Positions 1-8,258 of a stretch of 64,000 nt of DNA are shown here, one piece after another (position 1 is the first letter of the stretch; each line of letters begins with the position of its first letter). A program made the position numbers and the translations under genes. The notes beneath the pieces are model-generated. The model was not told the DNA's origin, did not search any database, and was given only the letters and a program-made list of their open reading frames with translations. The stretch covers positions 1 through 64,000 of the IMG/VR virus record IMGVR_UViG_3300017605_000880; one strand, written 5' to 3'. The DNA is from a virus.

Positions 1-228
1 CGGGTTGAGCAGGTACCTGGTGAGGTGGATGTGCCAGGTCCCGTCGGCCGCGAGCGTCCGCCGTCTGGGCTGCGCGCCGGGTCCGTCGTCGGGGCTGTCC
101 TCCCATGGGTACAGGACGATCTCGTCGTCCCCACACGGCAGTGCACTGGTCTCGAGCACTCGGGAGTAGATCGCCGGGTTGTGCTGGGGCTCCTGGTCGT
201 GCACGTCCAGCCACAGGGTGATCTTCAT
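1..228 (-). CDS. hypothetical protein (3' end outside window)
   Basis: ATG at 228 overlaps the stop of the upstream gene; frame open to the window edge (MKITLWLDVHDQEPQ...). Confidence 0.5.
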   Translation of the reverse strand, partial: MKITLWLDVHDQEPQHNPAIYSRVLETSALPCGDDEIVLYPWEDSPDDGPGAQPRRRTLAADGTWHIHLTRYLLNP

Positions 229-443
229 GCCGCGAACCACATGAACAGGTGGATCAGGCCGAACACCGACACGACCGGGATCAAAGTCACCAGCCCGATC
301 ACCGAGCCGGCGTCCAGCTTTGGACGCCACCACTCCCACGAGGACAGGCACCGGCCGGCGTGTCGTAGCTGGTCCTGCCACACCCACAACAGCATCGGGC
401 CGGCCACAGCCGCGATCGGCAGCATGAGATAGAGAGCTATCAC
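225..443 (-). CDS. small membrane protein
   Basis: GTG at 443 overlapping upstream TGA; two hydrophobic segments. Confidence 0.55.
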   Translation of the reverse strand: MIALYLMLPIAAVAGPMLLWVWQDQLRHAGRCLSSWEWWRPKLDAGSVIGLVTLIPVVSVFGLIHLFMWFAA

Positions 444-724
444 TTTTTCCTCCGGTACCGATTGGCGTCGGGGCAGGTTGCGAAGTGCGACAGGTGTAGA
501 GTGCCGGGCAGTTTGGTGGCGATCGCGGCTGTGTTCAACACCACCGCGAGCGGCGCGTCCAGCCCGGTGTCGCGCAGCTGGAGGTTGCCCTTCGGGTCGG
601 GTTCGGCGTTGACCAGCATCCGGTCGCGGCCGGCACTGCACCACACCACCGGGGTGTCGCGGCATTTCGCAGATTCGCACCACGGGCCGACCGGGAACCG
701 GCTACCGGTCAGATCCACCGTCAT
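440..724 (-). CDS. small Cys/His phage protein (CxxxxC...HFATCP)
   Basis: MTVDLTG...SHFATCPDANRYRRKK, a recurrent actinophage C-terminal motif. Confidence 0.65.
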   Translation of the reverse strand: MTVDLTGSRFPVGPWCESAKCRDTPVVWCSAGRDRMLVNAEPDPKGNLQLRDTGLDAPLAVVLNTAAIATKLPGTLHLSHFATCPDANRYRRKK

Positions 725-1079
725 CCCCATCCAGCTCGGCCGCGATCTGCCCGTAGCGGCGTTCGTACACCTCGACCAGCGGTTCGGCCTTCTCCTGCTC
801 CCACCACTGCACGAGCGTGGCCAGCCAAACGTCGAACACGCCACGCTCAATGAATGTGGCCTGCAGGATCTGTTGGGGCAGGCCGCGCAGCGGATCCGGG
901 TGGCGCAATATGGTGACGCCGACCTTGCCGTCCTCCATGATCGAGATGCCGACCCGCTTGATCCCCGGCTCAGTGCCGAACCTGCCCATCGAGGCGTAGG
1001 TCACCGGGAACCCGTCGATCCTCCCGTCGAACAGACCATCGACGTGGTCTACGCGCAGCGGATCCGGTTCACGAGCCAC
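702..1079 (-). CDS. hypothetical protein
   Basis: GTG at 1079 overlapping the end of the upstream gene; globular-looking C-terminal part of ORF 702..1487. Confidence 0.6.
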   Translation of the reverse strand: MAREPDPLRVDHVDGLFDGRIDGFPVTYASMGRFGTEPGIKRVGISIMEDGKVGVTILRHPDPLRGLPQQILQATFIERGVFDVWLATLVQWWEQEKAEPLVEVYERRYGQIAAELDGDDGGSDR

Positions 1080-2301
1080 GGCGCGACCCCAACCAAGGCA
1101 GGAACCCCTCAAGCTCGGCGGCGGTTGCCCGCGCCAACTCGCCGGGCTGCCCGCGCCACTCGCCGTACAACTCCCGCAGCTTCGACATAGACCACTGCCG
1201 GGCGCCGGCCAGCGTCGCGACCTGGTTCCACAGCGCCATACGGTCGGGGGATGGTGAACTCGACGGTGCGGGTGAGGAGGTCGACGAACTGGTTGATCCC
1301 TGTCCGGCAGTACCGGCAGGGGCATCGGCGTTGCCCGACGGCGGCGGGTCGGCGAGCGAGGCCCGGCGGGATTGCCACGCCTGCCGCAGCGCGTCCACCT
1401 GTTCCTGTTCCAGCTTGCCGATGTTGTCCTGGATGTGGCCGCTGATCTGCTTGAGCTTGTCCAGTGTGTTCGCCTGGGCGATCCCACGCCACAAGCTGTT
1501 GAAGTCCCATGTGTCCTCGGTGGGGGTTGCGGTGGCGGGCAGTGCGAGCGGTTGCGGGCCGGGCTCGAGCGCGGGGGCGGGGCGGGCCTCCAGTGCCGGT
1601 GCGGCGGGTGCGCCGAGCAGTGCTACCGCCGGGGTCATGTCGATGTGTAGGACCGGGACCATGAACCGGGAGATCATCGTCTTATCGGCGTTGCGCGGGT
1701 CCGGGACCTCCGCTTGGCGTTCCTCCATCTCCAACCGGGCCGGGATGTGACGGCCCAACGCGGTCAGCAGATCCACCGCGCCGGGCAGTTCGGCAGCCGC
1801 GTTGTACCCGTGCGACTCCAGACGCCACACACCCATCCCAGGGGTGTCGGCCAGCATCAGAGACACCCGGGTGGTCGGTTTGCACCCGGCTTGTTTCTTG
1901 GCCGCCGGGTCCGGGCCGCAGACACACAGCTGGTCCTCCAACAACTCCCGCAGCCCGTCGCACCGGCGGGAACACCGGCCGTTGGTCCACTGCTCGTAGT
2001 ATTGGCTGCAGGCGTTCGGGGGGACGATGACCTGCAGGCTGGTTTTGTCGATCACCACCTGGTGCTGCTGGGCGCCGTGGTCGGGTTGCCACGGTTCCGG
2101 TTCGCCGCCGTACACCAACGCGACCTGCTGGATCAACGTCTCAGACCGGGAGGTCAGGCGGAACCGGTCGAGTTTGACCGGCTCCTTATATTCTTTGCCG
2201 GCGCGGCTGGTTTTCGGTCGGCTGGTGCCGAGCCGGATCCGGCCGACTTCGACCTGCCGTGCCTGCACGTCGGCCAGGCGGCGGGGGATCGGGATGGTCA
2301 T
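1069..2301 (-). CDS. gp3-like / recombination-directionality-factor-like recombination protein
   Basis: GRIRLG...PVKLDRFRLTS...GVWRLESHGYNAAAELP motifs; adjacent to exonuclease gene; ATGA overlap at 2298-2301. Confidence 0.7.
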   Translation of the reverse strand: MTIPIPRRLADVQARQVEVGRIRLGTSRPKTSRAGKEYKEPVKLDRFRLTSRSETLIQQVALVYGGEPEPWQPDHGAQQHQVVIDKTSLQVIVPPNACSQYYEQWTNGRCSRRCDGLRELLEDQLCVCGPDPAAKKQAGCKPTTRVSLMLADTPGMGVWRLESHGYNAAAELPGAVDLLTALGRHIPARLEMEERQAEVPDPRNADKTMISRFMVPVLHIDMTPAVALLGAPAAPALEARPAPALEPGPQPLALPATATPTEDTWDFNSLWRGIAQANTLDKLKQISGHIQDNIGKLEQEQVDALRQAWQSRRASLADPPPSGNADAPAGTAGQGSTSSSTSSPAPSSSPSPDRMALWNQVATLAGARQWSMSKLRELYGEWRGQPGELARATAAELEGFLPWLGSRRGS

Positions 2302-2456
2302 GACGGGTCCCTGTCGTTGCAGCGGTTGACGTAGCAGTAACAATCGGTCCAGTTGCCGGTAGGTGGCCGGGTGCATTCGCCGCCGCAGGGCAGTTGTGAG
2401 TTCAGCGGCAGGCTCTGCACGGTGGAAACCAAGACGTGCATCATCTGGTCAGCCAT
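2298..2456 (-). CDS. 52-aa Cys-rich protein (not in ORF track)
   Basis: MADQMMHVLVSTVQSLPLNSQLPCGGECTRPPTGNWTDCYCYVNRCNDRDPS; GAGGA SD upstream; fills the gap exactly. Confidence 0.55.
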   Translation of the reverse strand: MADQMMHVLVSTVQSLPLNSQLPCGGECTRPPTGNWTDCYCYVNRCNDRDPS

Positions 2457-2466
2457 GGGGGTCCTC

Positions 2467-3846
2467 TCAGAACGGCAGCGGCTCGTCCAACAGAGCCAAC
2501 TGTGGCGAGCCGATCTTGAACTTCGACGACATCGTCGCGGCGGTCACCGACCCGGCGGCTTTGATCAACTCCGCATTGGCTGCGATGTCGCCCGAGATCG
2601 CCGCCCGGACGCGGGCCTTCTGCGCCTGCGCGACCGGCGGCAGCGGCGGCAGGTCGGGCAGCGGCGGTTCCTCGTCGGACAGCCAAGAATCGAGCGGATC
2701 CGGCCCGTTCGGCATGTTCTCGGTGCCGGCGAAATGCTCCTGGGCGGTCCGGTGGACCTCGTGCGGGTCGCCCATCTCGCACAGGTAGCAGCCCGGCTCG
2801 AGTGCCTCCCCGATCGCCTCCTGGATGGCCGCGAAATCCAACCCGGCCGGGTCGTCCTCCGCGACGTCCATCACCGCGAGCGCCACATCCGACACACTCG
2901 CCCGGATCGGCAGCTGGTCCAACGGCGGGTCGAACGGCTTCTTCCCCACCCCGTTGATCCACCGGTACGTAGTCAGGACACCCAGGAACGCCACGAACGC
3001 ATCATCGTCCGACAACATCGCCTTGAACGTGTACGACTCCGGGCGCAGCTGCAGCACCGCCCGCGCCCAGGTCGACGGCGCCGGGAACTCCTGCCCGTCC
3101 GGCAGCATCGCCACGCGGCACCGTTCGTACGCCACCGCCTGCAGCGGCATGTCGTAGTACAGCCGCTCGTCCGGCTTCTCCCGGGTTTTGTAATCCACCC
3201 GGATAAGCTCCGCATCTCCACCGCCGACCCGGTCCAGGAACTCGTCCGCCAACCGCGACGCACCCCGCCTGATCCACACCGCCCCGTCCGACGTGCCAGC
3301 GTAGCCGTGTTGACGGTTCAACAGCGTCACCTCGGTCTGCTCCCACGAACCGGCCCCCTCCGGGCCGTTCGGGTGCAGACCGTAGTCGGTCACCCACTGG
3401 TGGAACTGGTCCATGTACGGGCGGACCTCCGAACGTAGCGAGATCTGCGACCCACCACCAAGAATCCACGCGTTGATCGCCTCGTGGACCTCCGTCCCCT
3501 CCTGCGACCGGCGGTTCGACTCCGCCTCATGCCGCCACGCAACCCGACGCCACCAACACCGCTCGCACCGCCCACACGGGCAACGCTCGCAGCTGCTGCC
3601 CCGGCCGTGCTTCAGATGGCACTTGTTGAAGGTGTTCCCGCAAGGTGGGGTCACCTGCGCTGCCCAGATTGCTGGCAGGTTGTCCACCGCGTAGTCCGCC
3701 GCGACCATCCCGGCCCAGATCTTCAACGCCGCCTTGTCCACCAGATCCAGGATGGTGGTGACCGAGTCGAACCGTTCGTTGGTCAACGGGTGTACGTAGT
3801 ACTTCCCACCGGCTGGGTTGGTCTGACGGTTGGCCGGTTCAGCCAC
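2467..3846 (-). CDS. PD-(D/E)XK (RecE/Cas4-like) exonuclease
   Basis: SVTTIL, GTEVHEAI, TEVTL..YAGTSD, VDYKT, LQAVAY motifs; Cys-rich insert. Confidence 0.8.
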   Translation of the reverse strand: MAEPANRQTNPAGGKYYVHPLTNERFDSVTTILDLVDKAALKIWAGMVAADYAVDNLPAIWAAQVTPPCGNTFNKCHLKHGRGSSCERCPCGRCERCWWRRVAWRHEAESNRRSQEGTEVHEAINAWILGGGSQISLRSEVRPYMDQFHQWVTDYGLHPNGPEGAGSWEQTEVTLLNRQHGYAGTSDGAVWIRRGASRLADEFLDRVGGGDAELIRVDYKTREKPDERLYYDMPLQAVAYERCRVAMLPDGQEFPAPSTWARAVLQLRPESYTFKAMLSDDDAFVAFLGVLTTYRWINGVGKKPFDPPLDQLPIRASVSDVALAVMDVAEDDPAGLDFAAIQEAIGEALEPGCYLCEMGDPHEVHRTAQEHFAGTENMPNGPDPLDSWLSDEEPPLPDLPPLPPVAQAQKARVRAAISGDIAANAELIKAAGSVTAATMSSKFKIGSPQLALLDEPLPF

Positions 3847-4033
3847 TGGACAGCTCCTGTTCGAACAGGCGGCGGACGACTGCGGCGGGGATCCGCCACC
3901 GCCTCCCCGGGCGGATGGCCTCAATCCGGCCGGTCCTGGCCCAATCGGACACGGTCCGGCGGGACAGACGCAACATCTTGGCGACCTCGCCGGTGGTGTA
4001 GGTGCAACGTTCGTGTGGCGGGTGGTAAGTCAT
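3839..4033 (-). CDS. excisionase-like HTH DNA-binding protein
   Basis: YTTGEVAKMLRLSRRTVSDWARTGRIEAIRPGRRWRIP is an HTH_17/MerR-like signature. Confidence 0.85.
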   Translation of the reverse strand: MTYHPPHERCTYTTGEVAKMLRLSRRTVSDWARTGRIEAIRPGRRWRIPAAVVRRLFEQELSSG

Positions 4034-4061
4034 CGGAGGTGGCGCTCCTGCGGGTCCGGTG

Positions 4062-4601
4062 TCAGGTCACGTGGCTGACTGGGGCGGCGGTGCCGATCCA
4101 GCTGTGGATCTGCCCATCGGTCACCACCGGGTCGACGGTGTTAGCCAACAGCCACTCCTGGGCCGCTGCCTTCCGGGCCTGGTCGTTCTCGGCCCGCAGC
4201 CGCCTCTGGTTGGCCGCCCCGGTGATCTCGTAACGGGAGAACCGGTCCCACCGGTGCTGCCCGATCCGCTCCTGGTAATGCTCGTCGCGTCGGCGCAGCC
4301 ACCGCTGCGCCAACCCGTCCAACACCCGGAACCCCCGGTCGGACAGTGACTGCCACAGCAGCGACAGCACAGCCACGGTCGGGCGGATCAGCCGTTGCGG
4401 CAGCGGCTCGGACCGGGCCCGCAGCAGCGCGCCAAGTTCGTCCTCCAGCAACCGCAGCTTGAAATGAGCCAGCGTGGCCTCCACCCCGGAACCGAACGTG
4501 TACACGGCAGCCAGGATCGGCAGCCAGTACACGCCGGTCAGGATCGCGGCGACGGTCAACACGGCCACGGCGGGAACGGTACGGACCAGCCAGGACAACA
4601 T
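4062..4601 (-). CDS. membrane protein
   Basis: N-terminal hydrophobic helices; GGAGG SD. Confidence 0.6.
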   Translation of the reverse strand: MLSWLVRTVPAVAVLTVAAILTGVYWLPILAAVYTFGSGVEATLAHFKLRLLEDELGALLRARSEPLPQRLIRPTVAVLSLLWQSLSDRGFRVLDGLAQRWLRRRDEHYQERIGQHRWDRFSRYEITGAANQRRLRAENDQARKAAAQEWLLANTVDPVVTDGQIHSWIGTAAPVSHVT

Positions 4602-4616
4602 CGGGACCTCCGGGGG

Positions 4617-4877
4617 TCAGGCTGCTTGCTGTTGGATGCTGTTCTCGTGCACGCGCAGCCAACGACGCGGCACCTCGTGGGTGATGTAGACCTTCGACTT
4701 CGAATCGGTCACGCCCCGGTTGATGATCTCCATCATCTCGTCCCGGATGGCGACGAAGGTAGCGGGTGGGTCGTTGCCGCGCCGCTTCTGGATGAACTCG
4801 ATCGGGTCGCACCCGAGCCGAGAGGCGACCAGCTGGTACAGCGGCCGGTCGGCCAGGGGTGTGGGGGTATCTGCCAT
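4617..4877 (-). CDS. putative HTH regulator, first gene of leftward operon
   Basis: TFVAIRDEM...ITHEVPRRWL helix-turn-helix-like; immediately downstream of divergent promoter. Confidence 0.5.
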   Translation of the reverse strand: MADTPTPLADRPLYQLVASRLGCDPIEFIQKRRGNDPPATFVAIRDEMMEIINRGVTDSKSKVYITHEVPRRWLRVHENSIQQQAA

Positions 4878-4883
4878 CGGTCA

Positions 4884-4964
4884 AGCAAACCACGGCAAAG
4901 TGAAACCCGTCAAGCAACCTGGCGTGGCACGTCGCTTGACACACCAGCTGTGGGTTGGTATGCT
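4884..4964. promoter_or_regulatory. divergent sigma70-type promoters, both probably leaderless
   Basis: Rightward TTGACA(4936-4941)-N17-TATGCT(4959-4964), ATG at 4972; leftward TTGACG(4914-4909)-N18-TTTGCT, 6 nt before ATG 4877. Confidence 0.7.
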
Positions 4965-4971
4965 CGGACCC

Positions 4972-5307
4972 ATGACCCTGACACCGGTTGACCCCGCCCT
5001 GCCCACCGCCCACGCCCTCGGCCTGCAGCGGTTCGGCGAAGTCATCGCCCAACTAGAGAAATGGGGCTGGCGCCGTCTGCGCGTCGACACCCTCGTTTGG
5101 GAGGCCGACCAGACCAACCCCCGGGCGTTCCCCACCGTCCGGCACCACTACGACCACGGGGTGTGGGAGCTGTACTACGAACTGGACAAGTACTGGAACC
5201 CCGCCATCGCCCCGTTCAACGTCGCCCGGCTCAACCAGGCCGACCTGCCCACCGTCGACCAGGTGTTGGCCCAGCTGTTCGGCATGCACCTCGAGCGGTA
5301 CACATGA
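4972..5307 (+). CDS. hypothetical protein
   Basis: ATG 7 nt after the -10 box; ATGA overlap with next gene. Confidence 0.65.
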   Translation: MTLTPVDPALPTAHALGLQRFGEVIAQLEKWGWRRLRVDTLVWEADQTNPRAFPTVRHHYDHGVWELYYELDKYWNPAIAPFNVARLNQADLPTVDQVLAQLFGMHLERYT

Positions 5308-5546
5308 TCCAGGAGCTTAGCGCCGTCGAACGGGCCGCGTTGCAGATCGTGGTCAACGGCGCCACCACCGCCGTCGAGGTGTTCCAAGAAGGACCCGCTA
5401 AAGCCGCCGACGGGACCCCCGTCGACCAAGCCACCTGCCGGCAGATCGCGCTGCTCGCCGCGAACCTCACCCACGCCATCGCCCAATACCCGCACGTCCT
5501 GCTCGAACTCGCCACCGACGATAGTGGTACGGGTCTCGTGGTATGA
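5304..5546 (+). CDS. hypothetical protein
   Basis: MIQELSAVER...; ATGA overlaps at both ends. Confidence 0.6.
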   Translation: MIQELSAVERAALQIVVNGATTAVEVFQEGPAKAADGTPVDQATCRQIALLAANLTHAIAQYPHVLLELATDDSGTGLVV

Positions 5547-6052
5547 TCCGTACTGTGTTGGATACCACCGCCGCCTGGCTGGCTGCCCTGATCGACGGGG
5601 AAGGTTCGGTTATGCTCAACCGTCGAACCTACTCCGGCAACAGCCCTGCCACCCGACAACCGAGCGGCCCCATCTATCGACCGGTCGTCGTAGTCGCAAG
5701 CACCACCGACTACCGCCTGATGGACGCCATCCGCGAGAAACTCACCTGCGGACAGGTCTATCAGCACCGCGCGGGCGGCGACGCTCGGGCACCACGCAAA
5801 CGCAGCCAATGGACCTACCGGCTCAACGTCGGGCAGATCCGCGAAGCGCTGCCACCCATACGGCCATGGCTGGTCTTGAAAGGCGAACAGGCAGACCTGC
5901 TCGCCGAAGCCATGGAGATCAAACAGCAGATCACCCCCGGACAGCCGGGGTTCCTGCTGGTCAACCGTCCGGCGCTCAAACAACGCCTGGACGCCATCTA
6001 TCTGGAGATCCGCGCGCTGAACACGCGCGGCAGGGAGGTGATGCCCACATGA
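5543..6052 (+). CDS. free-standing LAGLIDADG homing endonuclease
   Basis: WLAALIDGEGSV motif, then the typical beta-strand region and PWLVLKGEQA (PYL.xKxxQA) motif. Confidence 0.85.
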   Translation: MIRTVLDTTAAWLAALIDGEGSVMLNRRTYSGNSPATRQPSGPIYRPVVVVASTTDYRLMDAIREKLTCGQVYQHRAGGDARAPRKRSQWTYRLNVGQIREALPPIRPWLVLKGEQADLLAEAMEIKQQITPGQPGFLLVNRPALKQRLDAIYLEIRALNTRGREVMPT

Positions 6053-7105
6053 CGTACGGAACTCTGCAGGTTATCGCAGGAGGACAGTACGGCTCCTTAT
6101 GCCGAGGCTAAAGGAGCAGTCGCCGGCTACCTGGCGGCCGAGCAGCAGCACATGCTCGCAATCCGGGTCGCCGGGCCGAACGCCGGACATTCGGTCGTGC
6201 ACCCCAGCAGCGGCAAAAAGTACGCCCTGCGGCAGATCCCGGTTGCTGCCGTCACCAACCCCGGCGCTTTGCTGTGCATCGCCGCCGGGTCGGAGATCGA
6301 CCCGTACGTGCTGCATGAAGAAATCGCCTGGCTCGAGAAAGACGGTGTCAGCGTCAAGGATCGACTGTTGATCGACCCGGCCGCGACCTGGCTCACCCAG
6401 GACCACAAAGACCGCGAGACCACCGCCGGGCTGGTCGGGCGGATCGGGTCCACCGGGAAAGGAATCGGCGCCGCCCGCGCCGCCCGGATCATGCGCGAAG
6501 CCCGCACCGTCGGACAGCACCGGCCCGAGTTCGAACAGTACGGGCATGTCGGGTCGGTCGCGGCTGCCGCCCGGTCCGCGCTGCGCGACGGCACTACGGT
6601 CCAGATCGAAGGGACACAAGGGTACGGGTTGGGGTTGCACGGGCAGCACTACCCGCAGTGCACCTCCTCCGATTGCACCGCGTTGGATTTCCTGCAGATG
6701 GCGCAGGTCAACCCGTGGGAAGCCGGCCAGCTGCAGGTGTGGCTGGTGTTCCGGCCCTACCCGATCCGGGTCGCCGGCAACTCCGGGTACCTGTACGGCG
6801 AGACCAGCTGGGAGGCGCTCGGGCTCGAGCCGGAGATGACCACCGTCACTAAGAAGACCCGCCGGGTCGGGTTGTGGGACGGCGGGCTCGCGCACGCTGC
6901 GGTGCAGGCCAACGGCGGGCCGCGTGCCGTGTGGCCGGTCCTGACCATGGCCGACCAGATCGACCCCGCCCTGGCTGGGGCGACCGATCCTGATGCGGTG
7001 TTCGGTTCGGATCTGCTCGGGCAGTTCCTGAAGATCTTCGAAGCCGATGTCGGGCTCGAACCGTGCATGGTCACCACCTCCGACCGTACCTGTGTGAGGC
7101 TGTGA
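6049..7105 (+). CDS. purZ: PurZ0-type N6-succino-2-amino-dAMP synthetase; frame interrupted by 7-nt insert at 6097-6103
   Basis: MTYGTLQVIAGGQYGS (6049-6096) + EAKGAVAGY...RVAGPNAGH...GSTGKGIG...EGTQGYGLGLH...YPQCTSSD...PYPIRVAGNSG...TTVTKKTRRVG (6104-7105). Ser in place of the PurA catalytic Asp marks PurZ; GSEAKG and IRVAGNSG resemble actinophage PurZ0. Confidence 0.85.
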
Positions 7106-7686
7106 TGGACCGGGTGCTCCAAGCGGTGACCGACGGGCGTGAACAGCGCATCGCCGACTACCGCGAATCCGGCGGACGTTGCCCCGCCTGCCTGCAGCAG
7201 ATCCCGCTGCGAGTGTCCGGCGCGCCCGACATTATCGGGACCTTCCGGAAACACCGCGACGCCGGGCGTTGGTGTGAAGGCGGCGGGAAGGCACCCAACC
7301 CGTTCACCGTCGCCGAGAAAGCCCGAAAGATCGCCGAACACCTGTCAACCCCAGAGCAGGACCTCGCCGACTGGTGGCGGCAGCGGTGCGAAGGCGAGAT
7401 CGATATGGTGGTCGCGAAAGCCATCGAATATGGCGCGACCGACCTGCGCGACCTCGGCCGGCAGATCATGGACATGGCCGGACGGCTCGACCCGGAAGGC
7501 CCGCCTCTCCCAGACGGGTACCTCACCGAGGTCGGGATCGTGTTCTACGCCCAAGGGAAACTCGCCCGGATCGTCGCCGCGATCAAAGAAGGCCGACGTC
7601 CCTCGGCCGACTCGTGGCTGGACCTCGGTGTGTACGCCCGGATGGCCCAACGGGTCCACGACCGAGGCGGCTGGCCCGGTGTCTAG
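7105..7686 (+). CDS. Zn-ribbon + nucleotide-modification-associated domain 1 (DUF1599-like, all-alpha NTP pyrophosphatase)
   Basis: CPAC...H...C N-terminus; KAIEYG...GKLARI...DSWLDLGVYA C-terminal domain; translationally coupled to purZ. Confidence 0.65.
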   Translation: MDRVLQAVTDGREQRIADYRESGGRCPACLQQIPLRVSGAPDIIGTFRKHRDAGRWCEGGGKAPNPFTVAEKARKIAEHLSTPEQDLADWWRQRCEGEIDMVVAKAIEYGATDLRDLGRQIMDMAGRLDPEGPPLPDGYLTEVGIVFYAQGKLARIVAAIKEGRRPSADSWLDLGVYARMAQRVHDRGGWPGV

Positions 7687-7764
7687 CCGGCCCCTGCTCC
7701 GCCTGGCCCCCGCCTGCATCTACTGGGCGTGGTTCATCCTGACCTACTGCGCCGGCAGCTGACC

Positions 7765-8103
7765 ATGCCCACCCGGATATCCACCGCAGACGAGCACTAC
7801 TGGGAACAGCAAGCCCGACACCTGGTCGGCTGTGACATCTGCCCCGCCCCGGTCGACCAACCATGCCAATACCCGACCAGCGGAGTCGAAGCCTCGGTGT
7901 GCTGCCACACCGGCCGGATGATCGCCGCCGTCAACCACCCCGACTGGGCCGGAAGGAAACCCAAATGGCTGCCGGTGAATCGATGCGCGACTGGCTCGCC
8001 CCCCAATCCCGACGAGCCGACTGCCCCGAACCCGACTGCAACATGTGGGCCGGACACCAAGGGTTGCACTCCATCGCCCCACCCCACCGCCGCCGTTCCG
8101 TAG
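7765..8103 (+). CDS. hypothetical Cys-rich protein
   Basis: CDICPAPVDQPC...HTGR zinc-finger-like; 3' end overlaps next gene. Confidence 0.45.
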   Translation: MPTRISTADEHYWEQQARHLVGCDICPAPVDQPCQYPTSGVEASVCCHTGRMIAAVNHPDWAGRKPKWLPVNRCATGSPPNPDEPTAPNPTATCGPDTKGCTPSPHPTAAVP

Positions 8104-8258
8104 CGTTGTGGGCCGTCACCATCGCCACCCTCGCCATCGGGTTGGCGATGCTGGTCGGCGCTGCGTGGCTCGACCTGAAAACCGCCCAGCTTGCCGGCTT
8201 CGGGATGCTGCTGGCCCAACTCGCCATACTCGCTATCAACGAGATGAGGAAACACTGA
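7983..8258 (+). CDS. small membrane protein
   Basis: CPEPDC..GHQGLH then two hydrophobic helices. Confidence 0.5.
   Translation: MRDWLAPQSRRADCPEPDCNMWAGHQGLHSIAPPHRRRSVALWAVTIATLAIGLAMLVGAAWLDLKTAQLAGFGMLLAQLAILAINEMRKH

Noticed and set aside
3839-4033. Excisionase-like and RDF-like genes as proof of a temperate lifestyle
   Set aside because: No integrase, att site or clear repressor was recognised in this window; these families also occur in replication/recombination modules.
5543-6110. Group I intron or intein housing the LAGLIDADG ORF
   Set aside because: The ORF has its own start and stop overlapping its neighbours, there is no non-coding space for a ribozyme core, and there are no Cys...His-Asn splice motifs.
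6099-6371. ATG within the insert as a restart for the purZ C-terminal part
   Set aside because: That ATG is in a third frame (MPRLKEQ...), not the purZ frame.
6152-7105. Calling the 317-aa ORF a complete PurA starting at 6152
   Set aside because: It lacks the P-loop, which is encoded upstream across the 7-nt insert; Ser at the catalytic-Asp position indicates PurZ, not PurA.
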